This document shows positions 30,681-41,045 of a DNA stretch of 54,555 bases, piece by piece; positions within the stretch are counted from its first letter, which is position 1; the number at the start of each line of letters is the position of its first letter. The notes below the pieces were generated by a model. That model saw nothing but the letters and a program-made list of their open reading frames with translations, had not been told where the DNA came from and ran no database searches. This DNA comes from an uncultured Gammaproteobacteria bacterium (GTDB lineage: Bacteria; Pseudomonadota; Gammaproteobacteria; Pseudomonadales; Azotimanducaceae): positions 1-54,555 of the forward strand of contig CAJXDD010000001.1 of assembly GCA_913052075.1 (NCBI GenBank), written 5' to 3'. Position numbers and translations under genes: made by a program.

Positions 30681-31769
30681 TCAGCTTTGATGATCCATCT
30701 CTTTGCTAAGGCTATCTGCCATATGGAGTGTTTGCGTTGGATACGCAATCTCTGCGCCGTGTCTATCAATGATCGCTGCGATCTCTAACAGGACCGCTTG
30801 TTTAATCTCATGAAATGCGACCCATTCAGTGGTTTTCGTGAAGGTGTAGATAAAAAAGTCAACGCTTGAATCATTAAAGGCATTGAAATTCACAATCATG
30901 GTTTTGTCTTGAGCGATCTCCGGGTGACTGGACAACATTGATTTCACAGAGGCAACAATAGACTCCATTTGACCCATGTCCTCATAGCGAATGCCGATAG
31001 TCTCAAATATACGCCTGTTCAACATTCTTGAGGGGTTCTGTAAAGCTATAGTCGAAAACATCGAGTTGGGGACGTACAGGGGGCGCTGATCAAATGTCCT
31101 GATCTCAGTTAAGCGCCAGCCAATTTTTACGACTGTGCCCTCGATGTCGCGGTCTGGACTGCGAATCCAATCGCCGACCTTAAAGGGCCGATCAAGGTAT
31201 ATCACCAGACCCCCAAAAAAATTAGCCAGCAGATCTTTTGCCGCAAAACCTACGGCGATACCACCGATCCCACCGAAAGCCAGCACACCAGAGATACTGA
31301 TTCCAAGGGTCTGCATAGCCATAAGCACCGCAGTTATAGCAATCGAGACCCTCGCTAGTTTGGCGATAGCTGTAACCGTCGTCTCGTCGCCGCCCAAGGC
31401 GATGTAGCCTTTCTCGATCTCTTTCGCCATTCGCGTTACGAACAGTGTCACCAACAAAATCATCGCGAGATAACGCGCCATAGAAATTATCTCGAGCTGC
31501 GATTGACTTTGGTGTGCTGCAATCAACTCGGCAGCAAACGAGACCCCTATCACCCATATTAACCATTGCGCTGGTTTCGAAATCGTCCTCAGGAACGCGT
31601 CATCCCACAAGTTCGGAGAAGCTTCGGCTCGCTTGCTCAATGCAGATAGAAACCTACGCATGACATAACTTGCGAGAGCCGTCGAAAATACAACCACAAA
31701 TACTTGCAGCACGAGCGGGTTCTGTAGCCAATGCCAAAGAGCTGTGGACCAGGAATCTATCGACGGCAC
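30681..31769 (-). CDS. Small-conductance mechanosensitive channel (MscS family)
   Basis: Several N-terminal TM helices are followed by the pore-helix and beta-domain signature GGIGGIAVGFAAKDLLANFFGGLVIYLDRPFKVGDWI. The start codon is GTG. Confidence 0.88.
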   Translation of the reverse strand: MPSIDSWSTALWHWLQNPLVLQVFVVVFSTALASYVMRRFLSALSKRAEASPNLWDDAFLRTISKPAQWLIWVIGVSFAAELIAAHQSQSQLEIISMARYLAMILLVTLFVTRMAKEIEKGYIALGGDETTVTAIAKLARVSIAITAVLMAMQTLGISISGVLAFGGIGGIAVGFAAKDLLANFFGGLVIYLDRPFKVGDWIRSPDRDIEGTVVKIGWRLTEIRTFDQRPLYVPNSMFSTIALQNPSRMLNRRIFETIGIRYEDMGQMESIVASVKSMLSSHPEIAQDKTMIVNFNAFNDSSVDFFIYTFTKTTEWVAFHEIKQAVLLEIAAIIDRHGAEIAYPTQTLHMADSLSKEMDHQS

Positions 31770-31832
31770 GGCAGGTTATCCTGAGGTTGCGAAATTAGGG
31801 GAGTCTCAGAGAAGATAGGTTCTAATTCCTGA

Positions 31833-32420
31833 TTAAAGGGGAGCACGCAGTCGAATCGGATGATACTCAACATCCGGCGCCAGCAATAGATCTACACCTT
31901 GACCAGAGCTCTTCACGTCATCGATCTGGCTAGAAGGTGATGTCACCTCCACTGACTGGCCCTCTAATAGGTCGTCAAGGTTTGCAATTAACGGCGTTTC
32001 ATCTGAATGTGAGCTTTGCTCACTGATGAACGTGTTTAGTTGGTCTGGGAAATCCGCGGGTTGAATTCCATACCAGCTGACGCTATTTGCTTCAGCTTCA
32101 CCTAGCCAAACTCGCCAAGTCTGTTCGTAACTGATACTCCTGAGCAACGAGGTCAGGCGGGCCTCACTACCAGAATCGGTAGCTGGCACGATCAACACCC
32201 TGTGCCTGATAGCTTGACCAACTCGAGCAACTTGTACTGCGGTAGTTTGACCAGTCATTTCGTAAACGCGATCCGCTTCCTTAGCAGCAAGATCCGCACT
32301 GGCAAAGCTTGCTAGCACCCACATCATCTTCTGAGATTGAGCAGCCACCTCTTGGGACAGGCTAAAAAGAACCAATAGGGTCGCAACTTTGATCAAGTAT
32401 TGCGGAGAAAAAGAGGCCAC
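31833..32420 (-). CDS. Secreted hypothetical protein with a SPOR-like segment and an acidic C-terminal tail
   Basis: GTG start and signal peptide LIKVATLLVLFSLSQEVAAQ. Residues about 32-105 (WVLASFASADLAAKEADRVYEMTG..AVQVARV..RHRVLIVPATDSGSEARLTSLLRSI..TWRVWL) show the beta-alpha-beta-beta-alpha-beta spacing of SPOR domains. This is by eye only. It is divergent from lexA. Confidence 0.45.
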   Translation of the reverse strand: MASFSPQYLIKVATLLVLFSLSQEVAAQSQKMMWVLASFASADLAAKEADRVYEMTGQTTAVQVARVGQAIRHRVLIVPATDSGSEARLTSLLRSISYEQTWRVWLGEAEANSVSWYGIQPADFPDQLNTFISEQSSHSDETPLIANLDDLLEGQSVEVTSPSSQIDDVKSSGQGVDLLLAPDVEYHPIRLRAPL

Positions 32421-32503
32421 CGCTTACCTCCACGATGTCTAAGGCTGAAAGAGACTACATTGATCCACTGGCAAAAATCAATTTCTAACTAGAATTCAAG
32501 GGG

Positions 32504-32531
32504 TTGCCATTCGAAATATACTGTATACAAT
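32504..32531 (+). promoter_or_regulatory. Candidate sigma70 promoter of lexA
   Basis: TTGCCA (32504-32509), a 16-nt spacer, then TACAAT (32526-32531). The -10 element lies inside the SOS box. Confidence 0.4.
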
Positions 32532-32538
32532 AACAGTA
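32519..32538. promoter_or_regulatory. LexA operator (SOS box 1)
   Basis: TACTGTATACAATAACAGTA matches the gammaproteobacterial consensus TACTGT-N8-ACAGTA perfectly. It sits 35 nt upstream of the lexA ATG. Confidence 0.9.
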
Positions 32539-32553
32539 TGTACAAATAAACAG
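32538..32553. promoter_or_regulatory. Possible second, degenerate SOS box
   Basis: ATGTACAAATAAACAG is CTGT-N8-ACAG with one mismatch (A for C). It abuts box 1, and E. coli lexA also carries tandem boxes. Confidence 0.35.
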
Positions 32554-32572
32554 ATTAAATAGAGACAAGCCC

Positions 32573-33169
32573 ATGATCAAGCTGACGCCTCGGCAATCCG
32601 AAGTACTTGAGCTCATCAAACAGCATATCGAGGAAACCGGTTATCCACCAACTCGAGCGGACATTGCTCGGAAGCTTGGCTTCAAGAGTGCCAATGCAGC
32701 TGAGGAACACTTAAAAGCGCTGGCGAGAAAAGGAGCCATAGAGATGATCCCAGGCACCTCCAGGGGCATCAAACTTCCTGAATCACGTGGACTTCCCATT
32801 GTTGGACGGGTTGCGGCTGGCAATCCCATTCTGGCGCAAGAGCACATCGAGGATCATTGTGAGATTCCAGCGACATTTTTTACTCCCAATGCAGACTTCA
32901 TGCTGATTGTCCGTGGAGATTCGATGATCGAAGTTGGTATTTTTGACGGTGACCTACTGGCCGTGCACAGCACGCAATCAGTCAATCAGGGCGACATCGT
33001 TGTGGCCCGTATTGATGACGAGGTCACAGTAAAGCGCTTCCGCAAAGGAGGAGCTCCCCATGAGATCGTGCTGGAAGCGGAAAACAAAGACTTTGAGCCA
33101 ATAGAGGTTGATTTGAGACAGGTCGAGTTCGCCATAGAGGGCATCGCCGTAGGAGTCATCCGACACTAA
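32573..33169 (+). CDS. lexA: LexA repressor
   Basis: N-terminal winged helix [29 protein letters not shown], cleavage-site region VGRVAAGNP, and S24 peptidase Ser/Lys (VRGDSM ... VTVKRF). Confidence 0.97.
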   Translation: MIKLTPRQSEVLELIKQHIEETGYPPTRADIARKLGFKSANAAEEHLKALARKGAIEMIPGTSRGIKLPESRGLPIVGRVAAGNPILAQEHIEDHCEIPATFFTPNADFMLIVRGDSMIEVGIFDGDLLAVHSTQSVNQGDIVVARIDDEVTVKRFRKGGAPHEIVLEAENKDFEPIEVDLRQVEFAIEGIAVGVIRH

Positions 33170-33239
33170 ATTCGTGAGGACTTGGCGGAGTCTTTGAAGC
33201 GCCAGTTTCGAATTGAAGGGCCTAACTTTGATGGCAACC

Positions 33240-35942
33240 TTAGGCTGACTGCTTTCGCTTTGATGTGTTTCGCTTCCGTTTTGGAGTGGCTTGCGACTTT
33301 GTCGTCACCTTTTCCACCCACTGTCCCGCAGATTCGTCATAGTCGGCTCGCCAACCAGAGGCTTTGCCGCGCTCAATTTCTGACGCAACGTAGTGCTGCT
33401 TCTCAATCCTAGAAAACTTGACCAGCGATCGCCGGCCATCAGGATCACTCGCCGGCGCCTTCATCAGAAACTGATACTTTGGGTCGATCTCATTTTGATG
33501 AGGAATTAACTCATCAATATAAGGCGCTCTTGTCTCTCGATTTCTCGGGAACTGACTCGCAGCGAGAAACAAGCCGGCCGCACCATCTCGCAACAAATAC
33601 GTGTCTTCGACCTTCTCGCATTGAAGCTCTGGCATGGGCACAGGATCCATTTTCGGTGGCGCGGCCTCGCCATTACGAAGCAACTTTCTAGTGTTTTTAC
33701 AAGGTTCTTCATCAACCTTGCCCGTGCACCCAAAGTATTTACCGAAGCGGCCCGTTTTCAACTGCATTTCGGATCCACATTTGTCACACGCGAGAGTCGG
33801 CCCCTCATAGCCTTTAATTTTGAATGCGCCATCCTCAAACGCAAACGCTGCGCAATCGGGATTATTGCCACAGAGATGGAGCTTTGTATGCTCATCGAGC
33901 AAATACTCTGTCATTGCGGAATTGCATTCGGAGCAGCGCCTCTTCTTCATCAAAATCCTGGATTCGGCCTCGTCGTCGGCATTCGCACTCACGACCTCAT
34001 CGCCGGGAATTAAGTTAACCGTTTGTTTACACCTCTCCTTTGGAGGCAAGTCGTAACCCGAACAACCGAGAAACACGCCAGTGCTTCCCGTTCGTACGTT
34101 CATCGGTCGCTCACAAGTCGGGCAAGCGCGCTCAATGAGCGAAGGCCGGTTAGCACGCATGCCGTTTTCTTCATCTGCCGCTTGATCTAGCCGAGCTGAA
34201 AAATCTCCATAAAAATCGTTGAGCGTCTTGAGCCACGCAACCTCTCCATTTGAAATCTGATCAAGCTCCTGCTCGAGCGAAGCGGTGAAACCGTAATCCA
34301 ATAAATTGGGGAAGCACTCGTTTAGCCGATCGGTCACTAGCTCGCCAATTTTTTCCGCGTAAAAACGCCTATTTTTCAGGCTGACATACCCTCTGTCCTG
34401 AATGGTGGAAATAATGGCCGCAAAGGTAGACGGCCGCCCAATTTCCTTCTTTTCAAGTTCACGCACTAGTGAGGCCTCGCCATATCGAGCTGGCGGCTTC
34501 GTAAAATGCTGCTTGGGCGTCAGCTGCTCAAGCCGGAGGTTGTCATTAACTTTGAAGTCGGGAAGAACGGGGTCATCAGAGGACTGCCCCGCCGGCGGCT
34601 GAACGCGCGTAAACCCATCAAATCGGAGAATCCGACCTCGCGTCCTAAGCTCATAATCCAGCACACTGACCGTAATCGACGTGCTGGTGTACTTCGCATT
34701 GGTCATCTGACACGCAACAAATTGACGCCATATCAATTCGTAAAGGCGCACCGCATCAGCTTCCTGACCACTCAATTGCGTCGCCCCTACGCGAACATCA
34801 GTTGGGCGAATGGCCTCATGGGCCTCTTGCGCCGCCTCCTTACTGGCATAGAGTCGAGGCGCGTCAGGAAGATATGCATCTCCATATGATTGCCCAATAA
34901 AATCACGGGCCATGCTAATTGCGTCCTGACTCAAATTAGTAGAGTCGGTTCGCATATAAGTAATCAACCCTGCCTCGTAAAGCCGTTGCGCTAACGCCAT
35001 GGTTTTCTTGACCCCAAAGCTCATACGAGTGCTTGCTGCTTGCTGCAGCGTTGAGGTAATAAACGGCGGATTGGGTTTTGACTCGGTAGGTTTATCCTCG
35101 CGCGCTGATACTACAAATGAGGCACCTTTCAAGGCACTGAGCACGATGTCTGTTGCCTCGCTACTCGTTGGTCTGAACACTTTGCCCTCTTGTCGTGCCA
35201 CCTGAAATTCTGCCCTCTGGCCTTGACCAGAGAGGTCAGCAAACACTTCCCAATATTCCTCAGGGATAAAGGCTCGTATTTCCCGCTCTCGCTCGACACA
35301 TAGTTTCACGGCGACTGACTGTACCCGTCCTGCAGAGAGACCACGAGCGATCTTGGCCCATAGCAGTGGGCTCACCATATAGCCAACGACTCGATCCAGA
35401 AAACGTCTCGCCTGCTGCGCCTCCACTCGAGCCATATCCACTTCACCAGGCTCTTTGAAAGCTTCCTGAATCGCTCGCTCAGTGATTTCGTTAAACACGA
35501 CACGCCGATATCGAGACTCGTCTCCTCCAATCGCCTGTTGCAGGTGCCAGGCGATGGCCTCTCCCTCTCGGTCCATGTCCGTTGCGAGATAAATTTCGGG
35601 GGCATTTTTGGCCAGCTTCTTGAGCTCGGCCACCACTTTTTCTTTGCCAGGAAGGATTTGGTAGTTCGCCTTCCAGCCTTTTTCTGGATCAACTCCCATG
35701 CGCCTAACAAGTTGTTCTTTGGCTTTCTTCTTCTTATGCGCAGCCTTTTTCGCTGGGGGGAGTTTGCGCGTCGCGGCGGCCTCTGCTGCTCGTTTTTTTG
35801 GATCAACGGCGGTGCCACCACCGCTCACCGGTAGGTCTCGTATGTGACCAACGCTGGACTTCACAACAAAGTCCTTGCCCAGATATTTGTTTATCGTTTT
35901 GGCCTTTGCTGGCGATTCAACTATGACTAACGATTTACTCAT
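33240..35942 (-). CDS. topA: DNA topoisomerase I
   Basis: TOPRIM start [19 protein letters not shown], the catalytic-Tyr region ITYMRTDS, and C-terminal zinc ribbons ([24 protein letters not shown]). Length is 900 aa. Confidence 0.97.
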   Translation of the reverse strand: MSKSLVIVESPAKAKTINKYLGKDFVVKSSVGHIRDLPVSGGGTAVDPKKRAAEAAATRKLPPAKKAAHKKKKAKEQLVRRMGVDPEKGWKANYQILPGKEKVVAELKKLAKNAPEIYLATDMDREGEAIAWHLQQAIGGDESRYRRVVFNEITERAIQEAFKEPGEVDMARVEAQQARRFLDRVVGYMVSPLLWAKIARGLSAGRVQSVAVKLCVEREREIRAFIPEEYWEVFADLSGQGQRAEFQVARQEGKVFRPTSSEATDIVLSALKGASFVVSAREDKPTESKPNPPFITSTLQQAASTRMSFGVKKTMALAQRLYEAGLITYMRTDSTNLSQDAISMARDFIGQSYGDAYLPDAPRLYASKEAAQEAHEAIRPTDVRVGATQLSGQEADAVRLYELIWRQFVACQMTNAKYTSTSITVSVLDYELRTRGRILRFDGFTRVQPPAGQSSDDPVLPDFKVNDNLRLEQLTPKQHFTKPPARYGEASLVRELEKKEIGRPSTFAAIISTIQDRGYVSLKNRRFYAEKIGELVTDRLNECFPNLLDYGFTASLEQELDQISNGEVAWLKTLNDFYGDFSARLDQAADEENGMRANRPSLIERACPTCERPMNVRTGSTGVFLGCSGYDLPPKERCKQTVNLIPGDEVVSANADDEAESRILMKKRRCSECNSAMTEYLLDEHTKLHLCGNNPDCAAFAFEDGAFKIKGYEGPTLACDKCGSEMQLKTGRFGKYFGCTGKVDEEPCKNTRKLLRNGEAAPPKMDPVPMPELQCEKVEDTYLLRDGAAGLFLAASQFPRNRETRAPYIDELIPHQNEIDPKYQFLMKAPASDPDGRRSLVKFSRIEKQHYVASEIERGKASGWRADYDESAGQWVEKVTTKSQATPKRKRNTSKRKQSA

Positions 35943-36194
35943 CGAATCTATCTATCCCATCCAAGCTAGCATCTCTGCTAGCGAATTTTTTAACCCCACT
36001 CCCGCAATGGGGAGGCAGGCCTTCAATGCTTCCTCACCATTCGGCGGACCACTGCCCTTCTGCTTAGCGTGCTCTGGCTGTTCGGACTGCTCTGTCTGGT
36101 TAGGCTAGTTCAGCTACGCCCATCCCAGTATTTCTTATTTTTACCGGCTGCTTCAAAAAAAACCGTTGGCAGTCAATACTCCGTTCTCCGCTTG

Positions 36195-36554
36195 CTACTG
36201 GCTCGACCCGCGGGCCTGAAGCTCATAGATATAAGCGGCCACTTCTCCGCTAACAACACTCGTTTTCACTTCAACCCGTCGATAACCTGGACCTTCAAAG
36301 CGATCTAATCGCTCCCAATGACTCGGTAAGTCTCTGGATCGAAACAGCCAGCCAGTCACCTCAGGAGCATCAATATCTAGTCTGATTCCAGGGAAACCAT
36401 GCGCAATGCCCCAGCCTTCCTCAAAAAGATGGCCTTTAACCCATGCCTTCTCCCAGGTTCCCTGAAGGCTAGCAAGCTGATGTTCGTTCGCGCGCCCTGG
36501 CGCCAAAGTCCCATAGACGAATAGCTGTGTTTCGACTGGAGCAAGCGCTGACAC
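36195..36554 (-). CDS. Gamma-glutamylcyclotransferase-like (AIG2/GGACT family) protein
   Basis: LFVYGTLAPGRANEH N-terminal motif, with a conserved Glu later (FEGPGYRR). The GTG start is preceded by AAGGAAA. Confidence 0.7.
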   Translation of the reverse strand: MSALAPVETQLFVYGTLAPGRANEHQLASLQGTWEKAWVKGHLFEEGWGIAHGFPGIRLDIDAPEVTGWLFRSRDLPSHWERLDRFEGPGYRRVEVKTSVVSGEVAAYIYELQARGSSQ

Positions 36555-37571
36555 TATGTGCGTTTCCTTGTTACCTACCTTCTCTGGCCTGTTTCCAGAA
36601 TTACCGCCGTCATAAGTACCCTTGGCTGACCAACGAACGCTCTACCTCTCCGCTTCTCCTCTTACGATCAATACCGTGCACCGTTCACCGCTTATGCTGT
36701 TGGATGTACTGAATGCTTCTGACTAGTACGATTTCGCCTGATCAATAATTTAGTGTCTGACAAGCCCATTACTTGAACTGAATCCTCTCGGTGAGTGACA
36801 ACTCATTCTCCGATGTTACTTGGTCACCTAGCACACCACAGCGGCTCTCTGCCCCGTCACCGCACCGTGTCAGCTCAAAAACACTGCTCTGATCCTGCCT
36901 TTATTTCCTCTTTCAAAATGACTTTGTTGCTTCGTCTTACGACGCGCACTGGTCCAACTTCACGATTTGTGGTTCCACTGGGGGGGCATTTCTAACGCAT
37001 CTCACATCCTGATGACAACCCTTGGACGCTAGATTGGATCGATTTCTGATCATTCAGACCATGCATTAGACGATGTGAACCCTGTTAATGGATCGCCATC
37101 CCCAAACCCTCAAAGAATCGTGATTAGAGGCTAGATCTCTCTCAAGCTATGGAGTGACTTTGCTCTTTTCCGCTCTTTTATCCTTCCGTTACTCGATCAT
37201 GGCTGAGTCGAATCACAAGCTAGGAGTGAGGCTGGCTTTTGGCACCGTCAGCTCAGCAGAGTTGACACAAGCAGAGGACCCGAAAGGAAATTAGTCGAGC
37301 AATTAAAGCGCTCAACGGGGGTTGGGTTTCAGCACTCCGCAACCGAGCTCAGTGCTCTTTCTTCGCGGCGCTATTGACGGCAAAAAAAAAGAAACACTAA
37401 ACATGAAAGTCTTTGTCATAAGCGCGGTGACGAGCAAATGGACAACGCTTGGTTGGGCCTCTAAGCGATACCCGAGTGCTGTATCCACACTGGCAACCGC
37501 CTTTAGAGATGTATTAACGCAGATACAGCGGGTATCAGCTGACCAAAGACAAATGCTTTGCGGTCTGTCTG

Positions 37572-38132
37572 TTAAGCATGCGCCTCGAGCAAGGACTCAA
37601 GCTGGTCACAGATTGTCTCGACCTCGTCGGACCGACCGTTTTCTACCCAGTAGGCCGAGAGCGCTCGATTTTGCCAATCCATCGCAACCACCGATTTCGG
37701 AGCAGCCACAACAACGGAGAGCACCTCATCTGCTAGCCTTTCCTCGGCCTTTGACTCCGGCATCAATTGTTCCTCAAACCAAACCATCCAATCCGCTCGT
37801 TTAACCCCTGTTTTCTTCGCAAGTGGGTTAGGAGACTCGCCCACGCGCTCCGCAAACCAATCACGGGGTCTATTCTTCTCATCTACTAGCTGACCGTGTC
37901 GCGCGCGAAATGCAACCACGCTTAATTTTGGTTCGATCGGCATTCCACTGGGCGTCTTATACTTATCTTGGATAGGGACCGGATCGAGAATCTTAGTGAG
38001 CTCGACGCCTACTCCGCGCTTCATGGCGACCCTGCGTCCTTCCATCGCCTGCCTATCTCTCGCGCTCGGCCAAAGCCGAACCATCGGAGCCAAGATAAAG
38101 AGTACGATCAATGCAACAATCCAATAAGTCAT
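37572..38132 (-). CDS. Hypothetical membrane-anchored protein
   Basis: 186-aa ORF with one N-terminal TM helix (YWIVALIVLFILAPMV) and a charged soluble domain. I do not recognise any family. Confidence 0.5.
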   Translation of the reverse strand: MTYWIVALIVLFILAPMVRLWPSARDRQAMEGRRVAMKRGVGVELTKILDPVPIQDKYKTPSGMPIEPKLSVVAFRARHGQLVDEKNRPRDWFAERVGESPNPLAKKTGVKRADWMVWFEEQLMPESKAEERLADEVLSVVVAAPKSVVAMDWQNRALSAYWVENGRSDEVETICDQLESLLEAHA

Positions 38133-38254
38133 CGGCTACTCCGAGCATTCCTTACTCAACTCTAAAATATCATGATATGTGTCGGACCTATTGTTCAAGA
38201 GTTCGCTGCACAGTAATGTTTATGTTGACCGTTCGTTCTCAATGAGGGGGTCTC

Positions 38255-38698
38255 ATGTCCAAAGCATTCAAGCACATACTGCTCGCCGTAGATCTTACCG
38301 AGGAGTCAACTCAAGTCTCCGAAAAGGCTGCCGCATTGACCACTGCATTTGGCGCTACCTTAAGTTGCACACATGTCATAGAACCTCTCAGCCTCGCTTA
38401 TGGCGGAGACGTGCCCATGGACCTAACAACAGTTCAAGACCAACTCCACGACACAGCCAAAATCCAGCTCGCGCGACTCGCGGCGTCGCTTGATGTTCCA
38501 CCTGATCGCTGCCATCTGGTATTTGGAAGACCTGAAACAGAGATCCATCTGCTCGCAGAACAAATTGAAGCAGACTTAATTGTCGTAGGTAGCCACGGAC
38601 GCCATGGGCTCGCGCTGCTGCTGGGCTCAACATCCACAGGCGTGCTGCATGGCTCGCCATGTGACGTGCTTGCAGTCCGGGTAGGGACCGCATCCTGA
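38255..38698 (+). CDS. Universal stress protein (UspA family)
   Basis: KHILLAVDL start and the C-terminal ATP-binding motif VVGSHGRHGLALLLGSTSTGVLHGSPCDVLAV. Confidence 0.88.
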   Translation: MSKAFKHILLAVDLTEESTQVSEKAAALTTAFGATLSCTHVIEPLSLAYGGDVPMDLTTVQDQLHDTAKIQLARLAASLDVPPDRCHLVFGRPETEIHLLAEQIEADLIVVGSHGRHGLALLLGSTSTGVLHGSPCDVLAVRVGTAS

Positions 38699-38702
38699 CC
38701 GC

Positions 38703-40937
38703 ATGAAGGGGCGCCAAGTTTCGTCATTCAGCCGGCGTCCTCCACCCCGCGCTGCACCCTCCGTCCCATACTTGAAAGCCTACCGTGTCGATTACCAACC
38801 CGAATCGAAGACCGGATTAGTGTCAACCGCAAAGAAACTCGTTCTACTTGAACACTTGCCCGATTGCTCCAGCCGATTGATCGCGGCTGCCTTGGCGCTC
38901 TTCGTGTGCTGCGGAGAGCTTTCAGTCGCCAGAGCTACGGCGAGCACTGAATTAAACGCCAACCGGACGCACTTCACTGACGTTTCACGAGACCACTTAC
39001 GCGCGCTGCGGGTTCGGGCTGCTGAGAGAGAAACCTATCTCACAGCGCTCCAAGAGGCCCGTTCGGGCAAGGCATCCGCCGTCAAAGCGGCGATTGATTC
39101 ACTTGGATCCTACCCGCTGACGCCCTATCTTGAGTATGAAATGTTAATCGCGAGACCGAGGTCCAGTGACCAGGCCGTGCTGAATTTCATCGAAAACTAC
39201 AGAGAGCTGCCGATCACACCATTTCTGAGGCGGCAGTTCGCTAGATTTCGAATGAAGCAGAAAGATCAGGATTCATTCTTGAAATTTCATCTCCCCAATG
39301 AGGGAGACAGCGAAATGCAATGTTTCAGAGCCAGAGCCCTTTGGCAAACCGGCGACACGGCTTCCGCCATGACGGCCACAGAAGCACTCTGGTTAACAGA
39401 TCGCTCACAGCACAGCTCCTGTGACAGCGCGTTTGCCAATTGGCGCAAACGGGGCGGCCTCACCGCCCAACTGACATGGAGACGGTTTGAACTCGCAGTG
39501 CTCGCGGGAGAACGCCGACTTGCTAACTACCTGAAACGCTTTATGGACGCCGAGCAAGAGACGCGCGCGAGTCTGTTCATGCGCCTCATTCGGACTCCGA
39601 GCCGACTCGCGAAGGCGTCCTTATTAGATCTCACGCATCCCGAAGCGCGCGTATTAGGGGTTGAGGTAATCAAACGATTGATTCGGTCGAATCCCGAAAA
39701 AGGCGCTACTGTCCTGGCAAACTATCAAGCTGGTCTCACCGTTACGGCGACGGACCTTGAGCAGTTACAGTACGAGCTTGCGCGAACCGTGATCATTGAT
39801 GAGCATGATTGGTCTCTGCTAGAAGAGGTACCGACGCGCGTCAAAGCTAATGCCGAGCTCCACGAGATGAGCATTCGCAGATCGCTGCGAGAGAAGGACT
39901 GGCTTGCGGCAGCTACCTTTATTGCAGAACTTCCTCAACCCCTAGCGACTAGACCGGTTTGGCGGTACTGGCAAGCAAAATTGACCCTGGAGGGGTACGC
40001 GAACAACGCGACACCGGTCACCGCTCGTCAGGTACTTCAAGACCTGGCAACAGAACGCGAATACTACGGGTACCTCGCGGCTTACTTGCTGGACAGCGAA
40101 CCAAAACTTAATGACAGGCCACTCGCGCGGGAGCAAAGCAGCGTTCTTAATCTTCGCGCAGCCCCTGCTTCACAACGCATTGAGGAGCTACTGGCACTGG
40201 AACAAATCACCGAAGCGAGGAGAGAGTGGTTCACATTAACACGCGGCTTTAGCACGACTGAGTTACTGGTCGCCGCCCAACTCGCAAGCGACTGGCAATG
40301 GCCTGATATTGCCATCGCGACAATCGCTCAGGCGCAGTATTGGGATGATTTAAGTATTCGTTTCCCGGTTCATTTCCGATACCAACTCGCACAGGCGGCA
40401 AGACGCGAAAGCCTACCTGAGTCTTTGCTTTTCGCGATCGCCCGCCGTGAGAGTGGTTTCTGGCCCGAGGCCCGATCACAAGTCGGCGCTGCTGGGCTAA
40501 TGCAGGTCATGCCAAAAACCGCAGAGTACGTTTATCAGCTAGCAGGAGAACGGCTATCCCTACCCTCGCCACTCGTCATCGATGATCCAAACTACAATAT
40601 CGCGCTGGGCTCTGCTTACTTCAGCGACCTCATGAACGATCATCAACAGAACCGTATTTTGAGCTTAGCAGCCTATAACGCGGGCCCGCGCCGAGTACAA
40701 CAATGGACAAAGCGCCGCCTACCCCTGGACGCCTGGATAGAGTCCATTCCCTTTGCTGAAACAAGGGTCTATATCCAAACGATCTTAATGTATGCCTACA
40801 TTTACGGAAAACGCTTCAACGAACCCATCGAGTTTCTGTACGATATCGACTTTGGAGCGTTTGACCCAATAGCAGAACAATCGATGCTGGATGAGTTGCG
40901 TCGCCAGCCTGAACTGCCTGTCTCCGCCTCCAGTTAA
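38703..40937 (+). CDS. slt: Soluble lytic murein transglycosylase (Slt70-like)
   Basis: C-terminal SLT domain ARRESGFWPEARSQVGAAGLMQVMP...AAYNAGP, preceded by a long helical U-domain. The true start is probably downstream of 38703 (for example the in-frame GTG at 38820), ahead of the signal peptide LIAAALALFVCCGELSVARA. Confidence 0.88.
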   Translation: MKGRQVSSFSRRPPPRAAPSVPYLKAYRVDYQPESKTGLVSTAKKLVLLEHLPDCSSRLIAAALALFVCCGELSVARATASTELNANRTHFTDVSRDHLRALRVRAAERETYLTALQEARSGKASAVKAAIDSLGSYPLTPYLEYEMLIARPRSSDQAVLNFIENYRELPITPFLRRQFARFRMKQKDQDSFLKFHLPNEGDSEMQCFRARALWQTGDTASAMTATEALWLTDRSQHSSCDSAFANWRKRGGLTAQLTWRRFELAVLAGERRLANYLKRFMDAEQETRASLFMRLIRTPSRLAKASLLDLTHPEARVLGVEVIKRLIRSNPEKGATVLANYQAGLTVTATDLEQLQYELARTVIIDEHDWSLLEEVPTRVKANAELHEMSIRRSLREKDWLAAATFIAELPQPLATRPVWRYWQAKLTLEGYANNATPVTARQVLQDLATEREYYGYLAAYLLDSEPKLNDRPLAREQSSVLNLRAAPASQRIEELLALEQITEARREWFTLTRGFSTTELLVAAQLASDWQWPDIAIATIAQAQYWDDLSIRFPVHFRYQLAQAARRESLPESLLFAIARRESGFWPEARSQVGAAGLMQVMPKTAEYVYQLAGERLSLPSPLVIDDPNYNIALGSAYFSDLMNDHQQNRILSLAAYNAGPRRVQQWTKRRLPLDAWIESIPFAETRVYIQTILMYAYIYGKRFNEPIEFLYDIDFGAFDPIAEQSMLDELRRQPELPVSASS

Positions 40938-41045
40938 TCAATCTCTGACCCGAAGAGCAGAAATAGTTTAGGCTTCAATCGAATCGCTATCCAGCGAATA
41001 ACTCTTTAGCGGGCAATCTATTACCCAACGACTTAGGACATCCTT

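Noticed and set aside
33182-33412. 76-aa ORF immediately downstream of lexA, considered as a sulA candidate.
   Set aside because: It lies almost entirely inside the 3' end of topA on the opposite strand, shows no SulA resemblance, and has a shadow-frame composition.
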